Under the pieces are notes generated by a model that worked only from the letters and a program-made list of their open reading frames with translations, was not told where the DNA came from and ran no database searches. A stretch of DNA of 64,000 nt, taken from NCBI GenBank assembly GCA_016906335.1, contig JADEYG010000015.1:868001-932000 (forward strand), read 5' to 3'. This document shows positions 34,605 through 49,804 of this stretch, piece by piece. The stretch comes from Novakomyces olei (taxonomy: Eukaryota). Position numbers and translations under genes: made by a program. How positions within the stretch are numbered: the stretch's first letter is position 1; the number at the start of each line of letters is the position of its first letter.

Positions 34605-35480
34605 ATGGAAAATGGACGCGACTTGACAGAATCATACACGCAAGAAAGCAATCCTCCGAGCGCACTAGACAATATAGAGGATGACGCGTCAGACGATATT
34701 ATCCTTGGCGTTGATGAAGCAGGGCGCGGCCCTGTGATTGGCCCAATGGTGTACGCGGTAGCGTATTGCCGTGCGAGTTTTTCTGATCGTCTGACGCAAG
34801 TACAATTCGCAGACTCCAAGGCAATGACGGCCCAGGCTCGCACTTCTTTATTCGAAGAAATTCAAAAAGAAGGCAGCGAGCTGTACCGGAATTTAGGGTG
34901 GAGTGTACACGCCATATCTGCGCGAGACATTTCTCGTGGTATGCTTCGGCAACGAGCGCCGTACAACCTCAACGCGCAGGCTCACGACGCGACTGAGCGG
35001 CTAATACAACGCGTCCTGGATCGTGGTGTACGCGTACGGCAGATTTACGTGGATACAGTGGGCCCGCCAGAAGCTTACCGGGCGCGTCTTGCTGCCCGGT
35101 TTCCTGGAGCCAGTGTTACTGTGACTAAGAAAGCAGACTCGCTTTTCCCTATTGTTAGTGCCGCGTCCGTTTGCGCCAAGGTAACACGCGACAATGCTGT
35201 TGCTGCGTTGATGCCAGCGGGCTGTGATTGGGGCAGTGGTTACCCGAGCGACGGTAAAGCCGTATCATATTTACGCGCTGAACGCGACAATGTTTTTGGC
35301 TGGCGGTGTGGTGCTGTTCGTTATTCCTGGCAGACAGCGCGAGATCTTTTAGAGAAGGAAACCTCTGCGGTGCGTGTTACTTGGCACCCGGTCGACACGG
35401 CGGGCTCCTTGCTCGATTTCTGTGATGCAGCCCCGTCCGCTACATGGTACGGGAGGGCGGCTACCACTCTTGACATTTAA
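34605..35480 (+). CDS. RNH201: RNase H2 catalytic subunit A
   Basis: LGVDEAGRGPVIGPMVY, FADSK, YVDTVGP, KADSLFPIVSAASVCAKVTRD and GSGYPSD. Confidence 0.95.
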   Translation: MENGRDLTESYTQESNPPSALDNIEDDASDDIILGVDEAGRGPVIGPMVYAVAYCRASFSDRLTQVQFADSKAMTAQARTSLFEEIQKEGSELYRNLGWSVHAISARDISRGMLRQRAPYNLNAQAHDATERLIQRVLDRGVRVRQIYVDTVGPPEAYRARLAARFPGASVTVTKKADSLFPIVSAASVCAKVTRDNAVAALMPAGCDWGSGYPSDGKAVSYLRAERDNVFGWRCGAVRYSWQTARDLLEKETSAVRVTWHPVDTAGSLLDFCDAAPSATWYGRAATTLDI

Positions 35481-36450
35481 ATTTCGCATCCTTTGTACAT
35501 GTATCCTATAGACTGCATCCTATCTAATCAATGTTGTTTGTTTTGGGGGGTAAACTGGATCCTAGACGTCAAGTGTAGTCGTCAATCAGATGTTAAGTGT
35601 AATGGTCAATCAGATATTAAAGTGCAATCCTAATGATATTTATTGTAGTTATTTTGAAATTTGAATGGTTGGCATTAACTATCTGACTGTAGTGGAAAAG
35701 AATGATAAGGGTCCCCAAGGCTCAGACGCGATTAGGGAATATATATTTATCAATAATAGATCTGGTATAGACAGAATAAAGAATTGAAGGGGAGAATTCA
35801 ATGAAAAATGTGGAGACAGAAATATCCATGTAAAGAGGGAATTATTTCAAAGAAATAATTAAATAAAAGTTATATAGCAATTTCTCAACAATATTAAAGT
35901 GTAATCCTAATGATACTAAAGTGAATTCTTAATCATAAGGGAATCTATCAAACTGGACAGCCTTGCTCAATATGAATAAAGTATCGATGATTCATAATTA
36001 ATGTACTGTACACGAGCGCTCACCGTTCCCCCTCGTTCGTTATATTACGCGCTGACTGATTGCATTGTTAATAAATACTCTTATATATACAAACAGTAAT
36101 TTGCCCATCCTCATATCCACAGTATGTAATGTTACTCCGCACATCCTGTTGCACGCACCCGTCTCACATGAGCCTTCCGCGTCGTTACTCACTACGTAAT
36201 TATACGTGGCCTCACACACAATATATATGTGTAGAATGTGTAGAATGTGTGAATGGCGTCTGCTATACTTGATCGCTAATAAATCCATAGAGTAAACAAG
36301 TGGAGGAGCGCACACGTATAAATATATATAAATATATAAACATATATAAAAATATATATGAAATATACATAAATATATATACACGAATACATAGTTAATA
36401 GTCCACAGTCATTCCTCAGCGGAGGTCAATGCCGGCTCGGACGCTGTACC

Positions 36451-38992
<2,542 letters not shown>

Positions 38993-39608
38993 TGTCCTTG
39001 TTTTAATAGGTTTAGGGTTTGGTTTGAATTTTGTAAGCGTTGTTGCTTTAGCATTTTTAAGTTTCTATTCTGTTAATTTTTAATTGTTTGTTTTCTAATT
39101 TATTTTGGGTTTATCTTTTTGTCGGTCAGCTTTTTATTACTCGTTTTCTTTATTGCTTTTTCGTATATAGATCATGTTAATAACAATGTACATTTCCTTT
39201 TTGCCGTGCTGTAAAACTTAATCAAGTTCACGTCTTTTTTGTATGCCTCGCGATAGGTGGCCGTATTTGTGGATGTCTTTTTACTCTTCGTGATATTAAA
39301 TAATTATTTAACAGCGTCGAATATATTTTGCTTTTCTAGATGAATTTGTAGACACCAATAACTTTATAGAGGTCTCAAGCTTTTCCATCCTGGATCATTT
39401 TATCTCATGGCCCAATGAGTTTCAGGCTACTGATCATCAGTCAGGTAGCACACAATGATATCATAGTAAACCTTCTTTAATCACTATTTCAGATTTTTCA
39501 AGTTCGTGCAAATAATTACAGTCCGTTTACTCTCTGTCAAAGCAAAAGAGAAAGCAGGGTGCTGCACGCATCACAAAACATAATATTGAATCCATATATT
39601 AAACGATT

Positions 39609-40664
39609 CTACAAAGTTACAGGATCCGCAGGCTTGTTACTGTTCTTGTTTGCCTCAATTTTCTCGTCCAACCGAGCTGCTTCTGTCCGGTTTTGAATCT
39701 TATTATCTATCAAGTCATGCAAAGCCATAACTGTACGCACAAGACTCGAGAGATATATGGCCATGAGCTGGTCATTTGATTTGACGGTCAACGCCCTCCG
39801 CAGACCTGTAAAGCTTGCATCTCCCTCGGCACCATCGGCATCGGCATTTCCATCGCCAGCCGGCACCGCTGAAGAGGCTAAAGCACCGTCCTCGCCTCCG
39901 TCAATATCGGGGTTTTTGAGGTTTGGCAGCAGGTTGAATATATCTTGCAAGTTGGAGATGATAGGATGGCTAAGCGGGAGCTGTTTATTACCAACTTTTT
40001 CCAGGTAATCAGCAATCTCTTTCAGCCGTTGTCCCAACCCTTGAAGCGATCGAAGCTGCTGTGTAAGCTTAGTTGATAAAGTACCCACAGCAGAATCCCG
40101 TATGTCTCGTAATAAATGCTCCACTCCGATTTCCTCTGCCTCCTCTGCCTCTATCGACGAAGGTACGTGTACAAACGTCCTCGAAGTAGAAGAGCCATCA
40201 TCGCGAATCTCCTCCACTGCGTAATAAGCGTCCGTCGGAATTCCAATTGTCTTTGGTTTCACGTCAACGATTACGAGTAATGGATTAGGAATCCAGCGCT
40301 TGAAGAGCTCATTTATCTGCATATCCGAAGCACGCAGTTTCGGTCCCGTATGGTACCATCCTACCATCTTCTCCTTTGCATTGATCTTCTTCATCATTGT
40401 CATCATAGACTCGATAAAATTGTGATCCAGAAACCAAACGTCGGGATTGCGCTCGTCTTCCTCAAAGGGCACCACAAACGAGTTGGCCACGTTTACACGA
40501 CTATTGTAGCTTTGTCCCAGCAAAACGCCGACCACGCGTTTCTTTGAAGAGGCACCGAGACCCGCACGGTTGTACGCATCAACGGCAGATAAAAGAACGA
40601 GCGGGTGAACAGCCACATGAGAACTCGTCAGCGCTAATGTTTCAGTCGTCGTAGCGGCGGGCAT
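39609..40664 (-). CDS. RPN8: 26S proteasome lid subunit Rpn8 (MPN domain)
   Basis: [28 protein letters not shown] and [16 protein letters not shown]. Confidence 0.96.
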   Translation of the reverse strand: MPAATTTETLALTSSHVAVHPLVLLSAVDAYNRAGLGASSKKRVVGVLLGQSYNSRVNVANSFVVPFEEDERNPDVWFLDHNFIESMMTMMKKINAKEKMVGWYHTGPKLRASDMQINELFKRWIPNPLLVIVDVKPKTIGIPTDAYYAVEEIRDDGSSTSRTFVHVPSSIEAEEAEEIGVEHLLRDIRDSAVGTLSTKLTQQLRSLQGLGQRLKEIADYLEKVGNKQLPLSHPIISNLQDIFNLLPNLKNPDIDGGEDGALASSAVPAGDGNADADGAEGDASFTGLRRALTVKSNDQLMAIYLSSLVRTVMALHDLIDNKIQNRTEAARLDEKIEANKNSNKPADPVTL

Positions 40665-42172
40665 CCTGGCAGAAAGCCAGCGTCTGTTGGTGAAGATTAC
40701 GTATCACGCTCGTACAGTACGGTTTACTTGATGATTATGCTAAATATTCTGCGCAATATGTTGACTGCTTGGAGGTTTTACTCAGTATTTTACTTAATAA
40801 ATTTGAATACACTGGACCTTCGTCTCATTTAATAGCCTACTTTCTCTGTTAATAATCTCAAATATAATGTTTATTGCTAAAATATATTATTGCTCAAATA
40901 TATTATTTCTCAAATATACTAATGCTCAAATAAAACATAATAAACGACAGAGATGCATCGATCACTTTGGTAGAGTACGACATATTTATGAAATTAGGAA
41001 TCACCTACTACACGCTGTACCAGATCTTATCATGAGCAATAAACATGTCAATTCTGGCAGTCAAGTTGCTAGTTTATCTGGTTGCTAGCTTATCTGGTTT
41101 GTGCTGAATTATAGTATTGGTTTCGCGCCACAGAGAACAAATAAGATAGTAATTTGTTGTGGTCTAAACACACTATCTATTTTACCCCAAAGCATCACAG
41201 CAATGAGGGATAAAGAATAATGGATCCACGCCAGCATTCATGATATATCTCAGCGCCTGAACCCGCAACAAAAATTATATGAAATATAAAAATGGCTTGA
41301 ATCACTGCTATGCTTTTATACATATTATAATGACTGCAACAGCATTAAAACGCACATTGGCATAATTTGATAAACTAGAACACGCATGGGATCTAATTTT
41401 TTCCTCTAGTGCAAAGCCAGCTTGTATTGTCGTAGTGTATTATGTTGCACGTGCTCAGGTATGTGCCTGACGGTATAGCTGGTGGGTTTTATTTGGCGTG
41501 CTTATATATTTAATAAACAATGTACTTTCTCGACCATGGCTGCCAAGTCCGAATTCAATAAAACACTCCAAACATTGAAAAAGCACGTATTATACTCCAG
41601 ATTCATTACCTTTCATTAATGAGAATGACATAATTGGGTAGAAAATTACCGATTGCTCCGTCTTGCCCCCGCTGCAAGCGTCCCCACACAGCGAAAGTAT
41701 CCCAGATTTAGTTACGCATTACGCTATATATTCCGCCTCCCACATTTTATGCCACCAAATTGGGGTGTGTGTTTATCCGAAATAATACGACAAAAACGAG
41801 GATGTACGGAATAATTTAATGCCGTAATTAAATATAACCAGTGTGTCGGCAAATAATGCTGCATTCACTCTATAATTGTCTGATTCCCTTTTAAAAGTTG
41901 TTTCCCTTCTATTTCCTCTTTAGTCGGCAAATTCTCACAAATCATCTCGGCAGAAATACTTGGCTCTCGGTAAACTGCGCTGCATATTTCGGACTTCTGT
42001 CGTAAATTGTTCTTCCAGTTCCATGTTTTCTTTATACTTGCCCTTTACGTAATACACATGGGATCCTACATCGGGGCGGAATACAATCTCTTTGCTTCAA
42101 ATACAGAATATATATAGCGCACCTTGTTCATACCGCGATTTAGCTCTGTATACTGTAGATCGTAATATCAAA

Positions 42173-44482
42173 ATGGAGCAAAAGGCAGAGGAACAGCAGG
42201 TCGAGTTTTCGCCAGAGGAGACTTTTACTAGGCCTATCCCGACTGATCTGCCATTGCAGCGTAGCTTCCATACGGGATACCTCACAAACTGGTCCGGCAA
42301 TGCAGTACTTGTTGCCATCACATCCTGCTGCTCTTCCGGGTTTCTGCTTTTCGGATATGACCAAGGTACGCATACGTATTATGTTTTCATCTGCCTTTGA
42401 TGGGTTAAATTAATGAGGCTTAATCATTGCGATGAATCTCATTTGCATTTGATGTTTTTATTATTATTGAGTTTTGGTTTATTCAGTTGAAATTCCTAAA
42501 TCTTGTTGCCTCTCTCCTGAGGTTGTTGCTACTGAATCGTATCTTCTTGTTTATTTTTTGATTTTTCAAAGCTCTAGTCCTCCTAACTTTTCTTCAAAAA
42601 ATTCACCAATCTTACTGTCAAAGGTGTAATGTCGGGTATAAATGTGTCGAGCTACTTCCTTTCCCAAATGGACTATCCGTCGAGCGGTATGATAGGAACA
42701 ATCTCTGCAATTTACGATATTGGCGCGGTGATTGGTGCACTGGGCGCTGCTCTGATGGGGGAACGTCTTGGCCGCAAGCGCACTCTAATGCTCGGCTCTA
42801 CTATTCTCATTATTGGTGCTACACTGCAGGCATCTTCTTATGGTCGCGTTCAATTGATTATTGCCCGTATAGTTACAGGTATCGCCATCGGGTACATTGT
42901 TGCTGTCTGTCCAGTATATCAATGCGAATCTGCTTCGTCTGAACAGCGAGGCTGGCAAGTCTGCTGCCAACTTTCTACGATGCTTTTGGGACTAATGGTA
43001 AAGAGAAAGTATTTGCATTAATTTTCTGACTTTAGATTGCGTACTGGTTGAATTATGGTCTTTATTTTGTACACTCGTCTGTGCAGTGGCGCCTTCCATT
43101 GGCGGTACAAATTGTTTTCGCCATTTATTGCCTTTTCTCTGTGTTCTTTCTTCCCGAGTCGCCTCGATGGCTGTTGCGCCATATCAAAGACCCTCAAATT
43201 GGACGCAATGTCTTGTGCCTTTTGCGCAATAAATCAGCAGAAGATCCCGATATCATTGCGGAAACTTCAGATATTATGAAGGCTATTGCAATCGAAGAAA
43301 AGGAAGAAGGATCATGGCTCGATCTGTTCCGTGATGGAGGTGTATCTGGCCATAAGCGCGTAATTCTTTGCTGCGGAATTCAGTTTATGCAGCAAATGAG
43401 TGGTATAAACATTGTAAGTTTTGAAAGTGACGACTCATCTTTCAAAGTATACATTTTACTGACCCGGACCCACATCTAGGTAACGTATTACGCTCCCACT
43501 TTATTGAGAGAATCGCTCAATATGTCGGAAGAACGCTCACTGTTCATAAGCTGCTTTATCCAGTTGTTTTACTTCTTTGCATCTTTTGTCACGGTATACA
43601 CTGTCGTTCGCGCATATCTTCTGACTTTTTTAGTGGTATACAATTGATCGTATCGGCCGTCGAAAACTGTTCATATCAATGGCCATTGGCATGTGCGTTG
43701 TTCTTGTTGCAGAGGCAATCTGTGTCCAGAATGGTGGTTCTGCTGCTGCAGTTGCTGCCGTAGTATTCGTATTTGCCTTTCAAGCTTGCTTCACTTGGGG
43801 TTGGATGGGTACGAGTCTGACGTCATTCTCTATTATTCAAAGATGCATTGTTTTTTTTTTGCTTTGTTTTTGATTTATTTTTTATTTTATAAGTTTTTGT
43901 TCCCCTTAAGCTTAACTGACAATTGTGATTTTAGCGACGGTATGGATTTATGGGCCAGGTAAGCATTGCCATTTTGAGTCAAATTGTTAATATGTTTCAA
44001 GAAATTCTCCCTCTCAGTATTCGTGCAAAAGGCTCCGCAATAGGTGCGGCCGCAGATTTCTTGGGTAATTTCATTGTCGTTGAAATTACACCCATCGCGC
44101 TGGATAATATCAAATAGTAAGAAACTCCACCCGTTTGTTTGAGGATTATACACTAACAAGCAAAGCAAAACGTACATTATATTCGCCGTGCTCAACATTG
44201 CCAATGCTATAATTGTTTGGGTAAGAGGAAATTTACCATCAATAAACTAATGCCCTGCAGATTTTCTTCCCCGAAACTAGTCGAATGCCGTTAGAAGCTT
44301 TAGACATGCTCTTCGTAAAAGAAAGCGAGATCGGAATGACAGGTGACCGTGGAAAGCAATCCATACTCCGTAAATTACAGTGGGACGTTGTGGAGAAGGG
44401 TAACGTATTGCGCCGTCGCCCAGAGCTTATTAATCAAATCCGGGCCGAGGCAATTGAGAACGAAGCCCTTGACAAGGAATGA
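42173..44482 (+). CDS. MFS sugar porter family transporter (STL1-like)
   Basis: LFGYDQ|GVMSG, GRKRT, WRLPLAVQ, PESPRWL, QQMSGINI, DRIGRRKL and FPET; about 8 introns. Confidence 0.9.
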
Positions 44483-45116
44483 TCTAGTCATTTGACCGTC
44501 TCACTGAACAATCTAGTCTGGTCAGCCGTGGATGATCCCAATTTCAAATCGGCGGTCTCATATCAGCTCTCATAAGTGGAAGGGGACGTGACAGTGCCAT
44601 GACAAAGCACTAGTCTGACCTTTCTGGGCTAATTGAATTAAAACCGCGGATTAATTAAGCAAAGTTCGAGCTCGACTTTTATCTGTTTGCAAAGCTGCAT
44701 TTATGATTCAATGTTTGTGTGTTAAGTCCAGCCAGTACCGGTTCTGGCCTGTTTTTATGTTGAAAAGTGGGATTGCGTTTGCGCCCATAAGCTGCGGTTC
44801 TTGACTATATTCGTTGGATCATCTCTCAGACACGCGTGGACCTGTGCCTATAGTAATTCAATAGTGCCTGTATTACTTTCTAATGTCCATACTCGCAAAT
44901 TACTTGAAGATCTTTGGCAGATTATCAATGCTCTAATGATTATTATAAGCCTCTCATATAATAATATATGACGGACTTTCTCTAGTACACAATAGAAATA
45001 TATACTGAATAATTATATGGACGCAACAAATATCTGCCTCCTATTTAAATAATAAATTATTCAAATCGATATAGAGCCAGAGCCATTAATTATTTTTTAC
45101 AGGCTTCCTTTTCACG

Positions 45117-47162
45117 ATGCCGACGGTATCTGTGGACAAACTCGATCTTTTCGACCGCCTTGGACGTGAATACAGTATGCTTCTTTTCATTATTTGTGCT
45201 ATATTAACGCTTGTTTTCCCGTCCGAATTAGCGCGCGATGAGTTTGATCGATTATGTTTCGAGTTTGGAATAGAGCTTGACGACGATGTATGCAAATTGG
45301 AGAAAGGAGTCTACCATAGAATTGAGAATTGACTTTTGCCTAGACTTCGAATGAGCCAGAGGTGCTTAAGGGAGCTGAGCGTGCTCAATACAAAATCGAC
45401 ATTCCGGCAAATCGCTATGACATGCTTTGTATTGAAGGCATAGCTAGAGCGCTTAACGTTTTTCTCGGCCGTCTACCTCTACCCCAGTATACATTAAAGC
45501 CTCCTACGACCACCCTTACCATTGATCCCGAGGTAAGAAAAAGGACTAATTAGAAAAAGAATTTAAAAAGGAATTCAAAAAAGAATTAAAAAAAGAATTA
45601 AAAAAAGAATTAAAAAATAAATCAGAAACCGATGCTAATCATGCATGCGAAGACTGCACATGTGAGGCCATATGCAGCAGCAGCAATTTTACGAGGGGTG
45701 AAATTTACGCAACGATCTTATGACAGTTTTATTGCGCTTCAAGACAAGCTTCATGCAAATATTGCTAGGCAACGTACTCTGGTTGCGATTGGCACTCACA
45801 ATTTGGACAAGACACATCCGCCATTTATCTATAAAGCGCCTTCGCCTTCTAACATAGACTTCATTCCGCTAAATCAAACAAAGAAGATAAATGGTTCTGA
45901 GCTGGTGGAATTTTACAAGGTACAATGCTTTAATTTAGCGAGCTATAATGCTAACAGCCTCTTAGAACGACCGTCATTTAGGACGGTACCTTCACATCAT
46001 AGAAGGATCACCCGTGTATCCGGCGATTTACGATTCTGCTGGGACACTGTGCTCTCTGCCACCAATTATCAACAGTGAATGGACAAAAATCGCACTTGAT
46101 ACGGAGAATGTGTTCATCGAGTGTACTGCTACCGATAGGACAAAACTCGACATTGTTATTAGCATAATAACCGCCATGTTTGCTGAATACACAGCTGAGC
46201 CTTTTACGATTGAGCAGGTTCTTGTTGAATCACCACATAATGGCAGCTCGCGTCTAACGCCTAGTTTCACGCCTCAGCTTTTCCACTCGTCCGTTGCATA
46301 CTTGAACGAATGCCTTGGTTTGCATGAATCAGCAGAAGCCCTTTCGGGCATGCTTCGGCGTATGATGCTCGATGCTCGGCCGCAGGATGAGAATACTATT
46401 GAGGTCCGAGTACCAGCCACTAGGCCAGATGTACTACACGACGCCGATATTATGGAAGATGCAGGAATCGGCTATGGCTTTGATCGTCTGCCTAAGCGCG
46501 AGCTGTCTTTCCAGACTAATGGAGAGCCTTATATGCTCAATAAATTGGCAGATATCTTGCGAGTTGAGGCGGCAATGGCTGGATTCACTGAAGTTTTGCC
46601 TCTAATTTTGTGCTCCAGGGATGAAAACTATGCCTGGCTTCGACATGAGTGGGACGGAAAAGCTGTACAACTGGCAAATCCCAAGACTGTTGAGTTTCAA
46701 ATAATTCGTACACTGCTTCTTCCTGGTCTGTTGAAGACATTAAGAGAAAATCGCAAGCAGGCATTGCCAATGAAGCTGTTTGAGGTTTCTGATATTGGAT
46801 TGCGCGATGATTCTCTAGAGCGAAAGGCTATCAACGAGCGTCATTTCGCGGCAGTTTTTGCTGGAACTTCGTCTGGATTTGAAGTTGTACACGGATTACT
46901 GGATCGGCTCATGCTGATGCTAAATACGCGCTTTCTCGTCGATCACGGAGAGCGACGTTCCGCCGTTGGTTACTGGATTGAAGCGAATAACGACCCTACA
47001 ATGTTCCCTGGCAGAGCTGCCGCAATAAAGTATCGAGCGAGTACTGGAGGGCCTGTACTAAACGTCGGAAGCTTTGGTGTATTGCACCCAGAAGTACTCG
47101 AGAAGTTTGAGCTGCCTTTTGTTGTGTCCACCATCGAGTTCAACATTGAGCCGTGGCTATAG
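45117..47162 (+). CDS. FRS1: Cytoplasmic phenylalanyl-tRNA synthetase beta subunit
   Basis: [48 protein letters not shown] and GVLHPEVL; 4 introns. Confidence 0.96.
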
Positions 47163-47418
47163 AGGTAGATTTTAATACACCAAGTATCTAGTAGAATTTC
47201 ATTTTTTTTCACAAAATTTTTCTACAGTAGCGCATTTGCCTTGTATCCACCTGCCTAATAACAGGAGCGTAGCCAGTCTAATGGCTAATTGCGATGACCG
47301 ATACACTTATACAGGATAAACTCTAAATGGAATTACTTATAATTTCTATTTAAAACTATATAGGGCTTAAATCCTCGTGATTATGACAATTCCAATGTGA
47401 AATGGTCTAATTGAATCC

Positions 47419-47492
47419 GTCACTGTGGCTCAGTTGGTTAGAGCGCAAGTCTCATAATCTTGAGGTCGGGAGTTCGAGCCTCCCCAGTGACA
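47419..47492 (+). tRNA. Elongator tRNA-Met(CAT)
   Basis: GTCACTG/CAGTGAC acceptor stem with discriminator A; anticodon loop CTCATAA with a U31-U39 pair; TTCGAG T-loop; no initiator A1-U72 pair. Confidence 0.93.
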
Positions 47493-48172
47493 ATTATTAT
47501 TGTTTTTGGTTTTTGGTTTTTGGTTTTTGGTTTTTGGTTCGAGTTTCTGTACACTGAGTGTTTTTGAATTTCGGAGCAATTAGCGCTGTTCAAAATATTT
47601 AGCTGAACTAATTCACTTCCTGTGCCATCTATCTATCTATCGATCAATTTTGCTTGCAAGCATGTTTGGCGCCTCTATGTCCAAAGATATGGAGATGAAT
47701 GCTTTGGAGAATACAAAAATATGGAAAATGAGACACAGCTTGAAGATATTATGCTGGCGTAGAAAACGCCAACAAGCTTTAAAAAGTGTTAAATATCTGT
47801 TTTTTACCCTTCTTCTAAGTCTTCCGCCGTATCATATACATTAATTACCAGTGCCGCCCGTGTCTTATACAGTACGGATTTCGATTGCTCCGGGTTAGCC
47901 TATATATTATATATAGAATTTCGTAAACAAAATTAATAATAAAATGCTGCTCTATTGTGAATAGCGTAACGTACATACATAAGACTGCTATATACTTTCT
48001 CGCAGGACGCGGCGACACAACAGGGACTACGTCAGACTGTAGATAGCTCTACGTTGGCCGTACGCTGGCCTTGCGTTGGCTGACGTTGGGAAAAGCTATA
48101 ATCGAGTACAGTGTACAAGGTGACCTTCTGTACATCTTTTTGTGCGAAAAAGAAACACAATAGCGTTGGAAA

Positions 48173-48881
48173 ATGAGTTGGCTTTGGGGACGGAGCTCCG
48201 GCTCGAAAACGAATCAAAACAGTGCCGATGCGATCCTACGATTCCACGAGAACCTGCAGATGTTAGAAAAGAAAGAAGCGCATTTGGAGAAACAAATAGA
48301 GGAACAGCAGAATATTGCAAAGAAGAATGCTGTTTCCAACAAGAGAGGTAACATACTTTGTTTAACGCTATTGCTAATTTGTTAAAGTGGCGATGGCCGC
48401 GCTTAAGCGCAAAAAAGCGCTAGAGGCCGAGATTGAGAAACTTTATGGCACAAGAAATACGGTGGAACAGCAAAAAGCAGCTTTAGAGTCTGCTCACTTT
48501 AACGCGGAGATTTTCCAGTCTATGCGGAACGGTTCTGATGCTATGAAACGTATCCACAAGAACATGAAAGTGGAAGACGTGGACAAGGTTATGGACGATA
48601 TTCGTGAACAGCAAGCTACATTTGAAGATATATCAAATATGATTTCGACTCCTCTGGGTGCGAATGCCGATATAGATGAGGACGAATTACAAGCTGAGAT
48701 TGACGAGCTGCAACAGGAGCAACTCGACCAAAAGATGCTTGGCGCTGAACGGCCTCCAGTACATGTGCCTGCTGGTGCTGTTTCGTCTCAGGCTGAAACT
48801 CCCTCAAATAACCGGCAAACTACAGAAGACGACGAAATAGAGGCAGATCTCGAGCGCATGAAGGCCGAGATGGCAATGTGA
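48173..48881 (+). CDS. SNF7: ESCRT-III subunit Snf7/Vps32
   Basis: MSWLWG, LQMLEKKE, ALKRKK and DEDELQAEIDELQQE; intron 48348-48387. Confidence 0.95.
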
Positions 48882-49804
48882 AGGAAGCTTTTAAATGACG
48901 ATTATCTTGCTTTTTTACCATATTTTGTTTCCGGAATAATTTTATTTTGCTAAAGTCTTTACTGCAGATCAGTTTAAGCCTGCTTTGGAGCTCCTTTTGA
49001 TATTTATTCATTTCCCCGCGAAAGCAGTTCTTATTGGGGCTGGGACTGCAACCGGTCTTGCGAGGGTTCATCTGGTATTACTGATTTTGTCATGATTTCT
49101 GAATAATTTTTCCGTTAAAGTCCGACGCGGCGATTGTAATTTTGTAAAAAGAACTCATTCTGGGCGATCCTTAAATCAAGTGTCTTAAAAGTCAGATCTT
49201 AGGCGTAATTTACAGTCCCAGCTGAATCGGTCAGTTTGTATTCTTAGAGAAATTCTGGTGTAATCAGAATACAATAAAATATCCCTTTATATCTCCGCCT
49301 GCTCTAACCCGACATTAAAGAATAGTAAGGCAATCCTAAAAACAACAACAGCAATAATAACACGATAACGAGAACTGAAACAATAATAACAATAATAACA
49401 ATAATAGCAATAACAATAATAACGATAATAATAATAAATAAATAAATAAATAAACGGAGACAGATTGACGCTTTCGGCGTCATAGCACCAAATCTGCCAT
49501 TTAAAGCACAAACATTTGATAGCTACGTGCTGTCATTGCTTTACTTTCACGTCTAGTTGAATCTTTAAATCGGGAAGCCGCTTGGATTGGACCGGACTTC
49601 ACTGCCGGAACAGTCGCGACGAAACAAAAACATAACGCACAGAATAGAAGAGCCTGCGACTGCGAACCAAACATATTTTCAAACGATCTATTGCCAGAAA
49701 GAGGATAAAAAGAACCAAGATCGATAGTAAAAGACAAAGGCAGTGTTGCGCCCGGTTGGTTTTTCAACTGCCGGAGCCGAAAATACGCGTTTTGAAGGGT
49801 TCTA

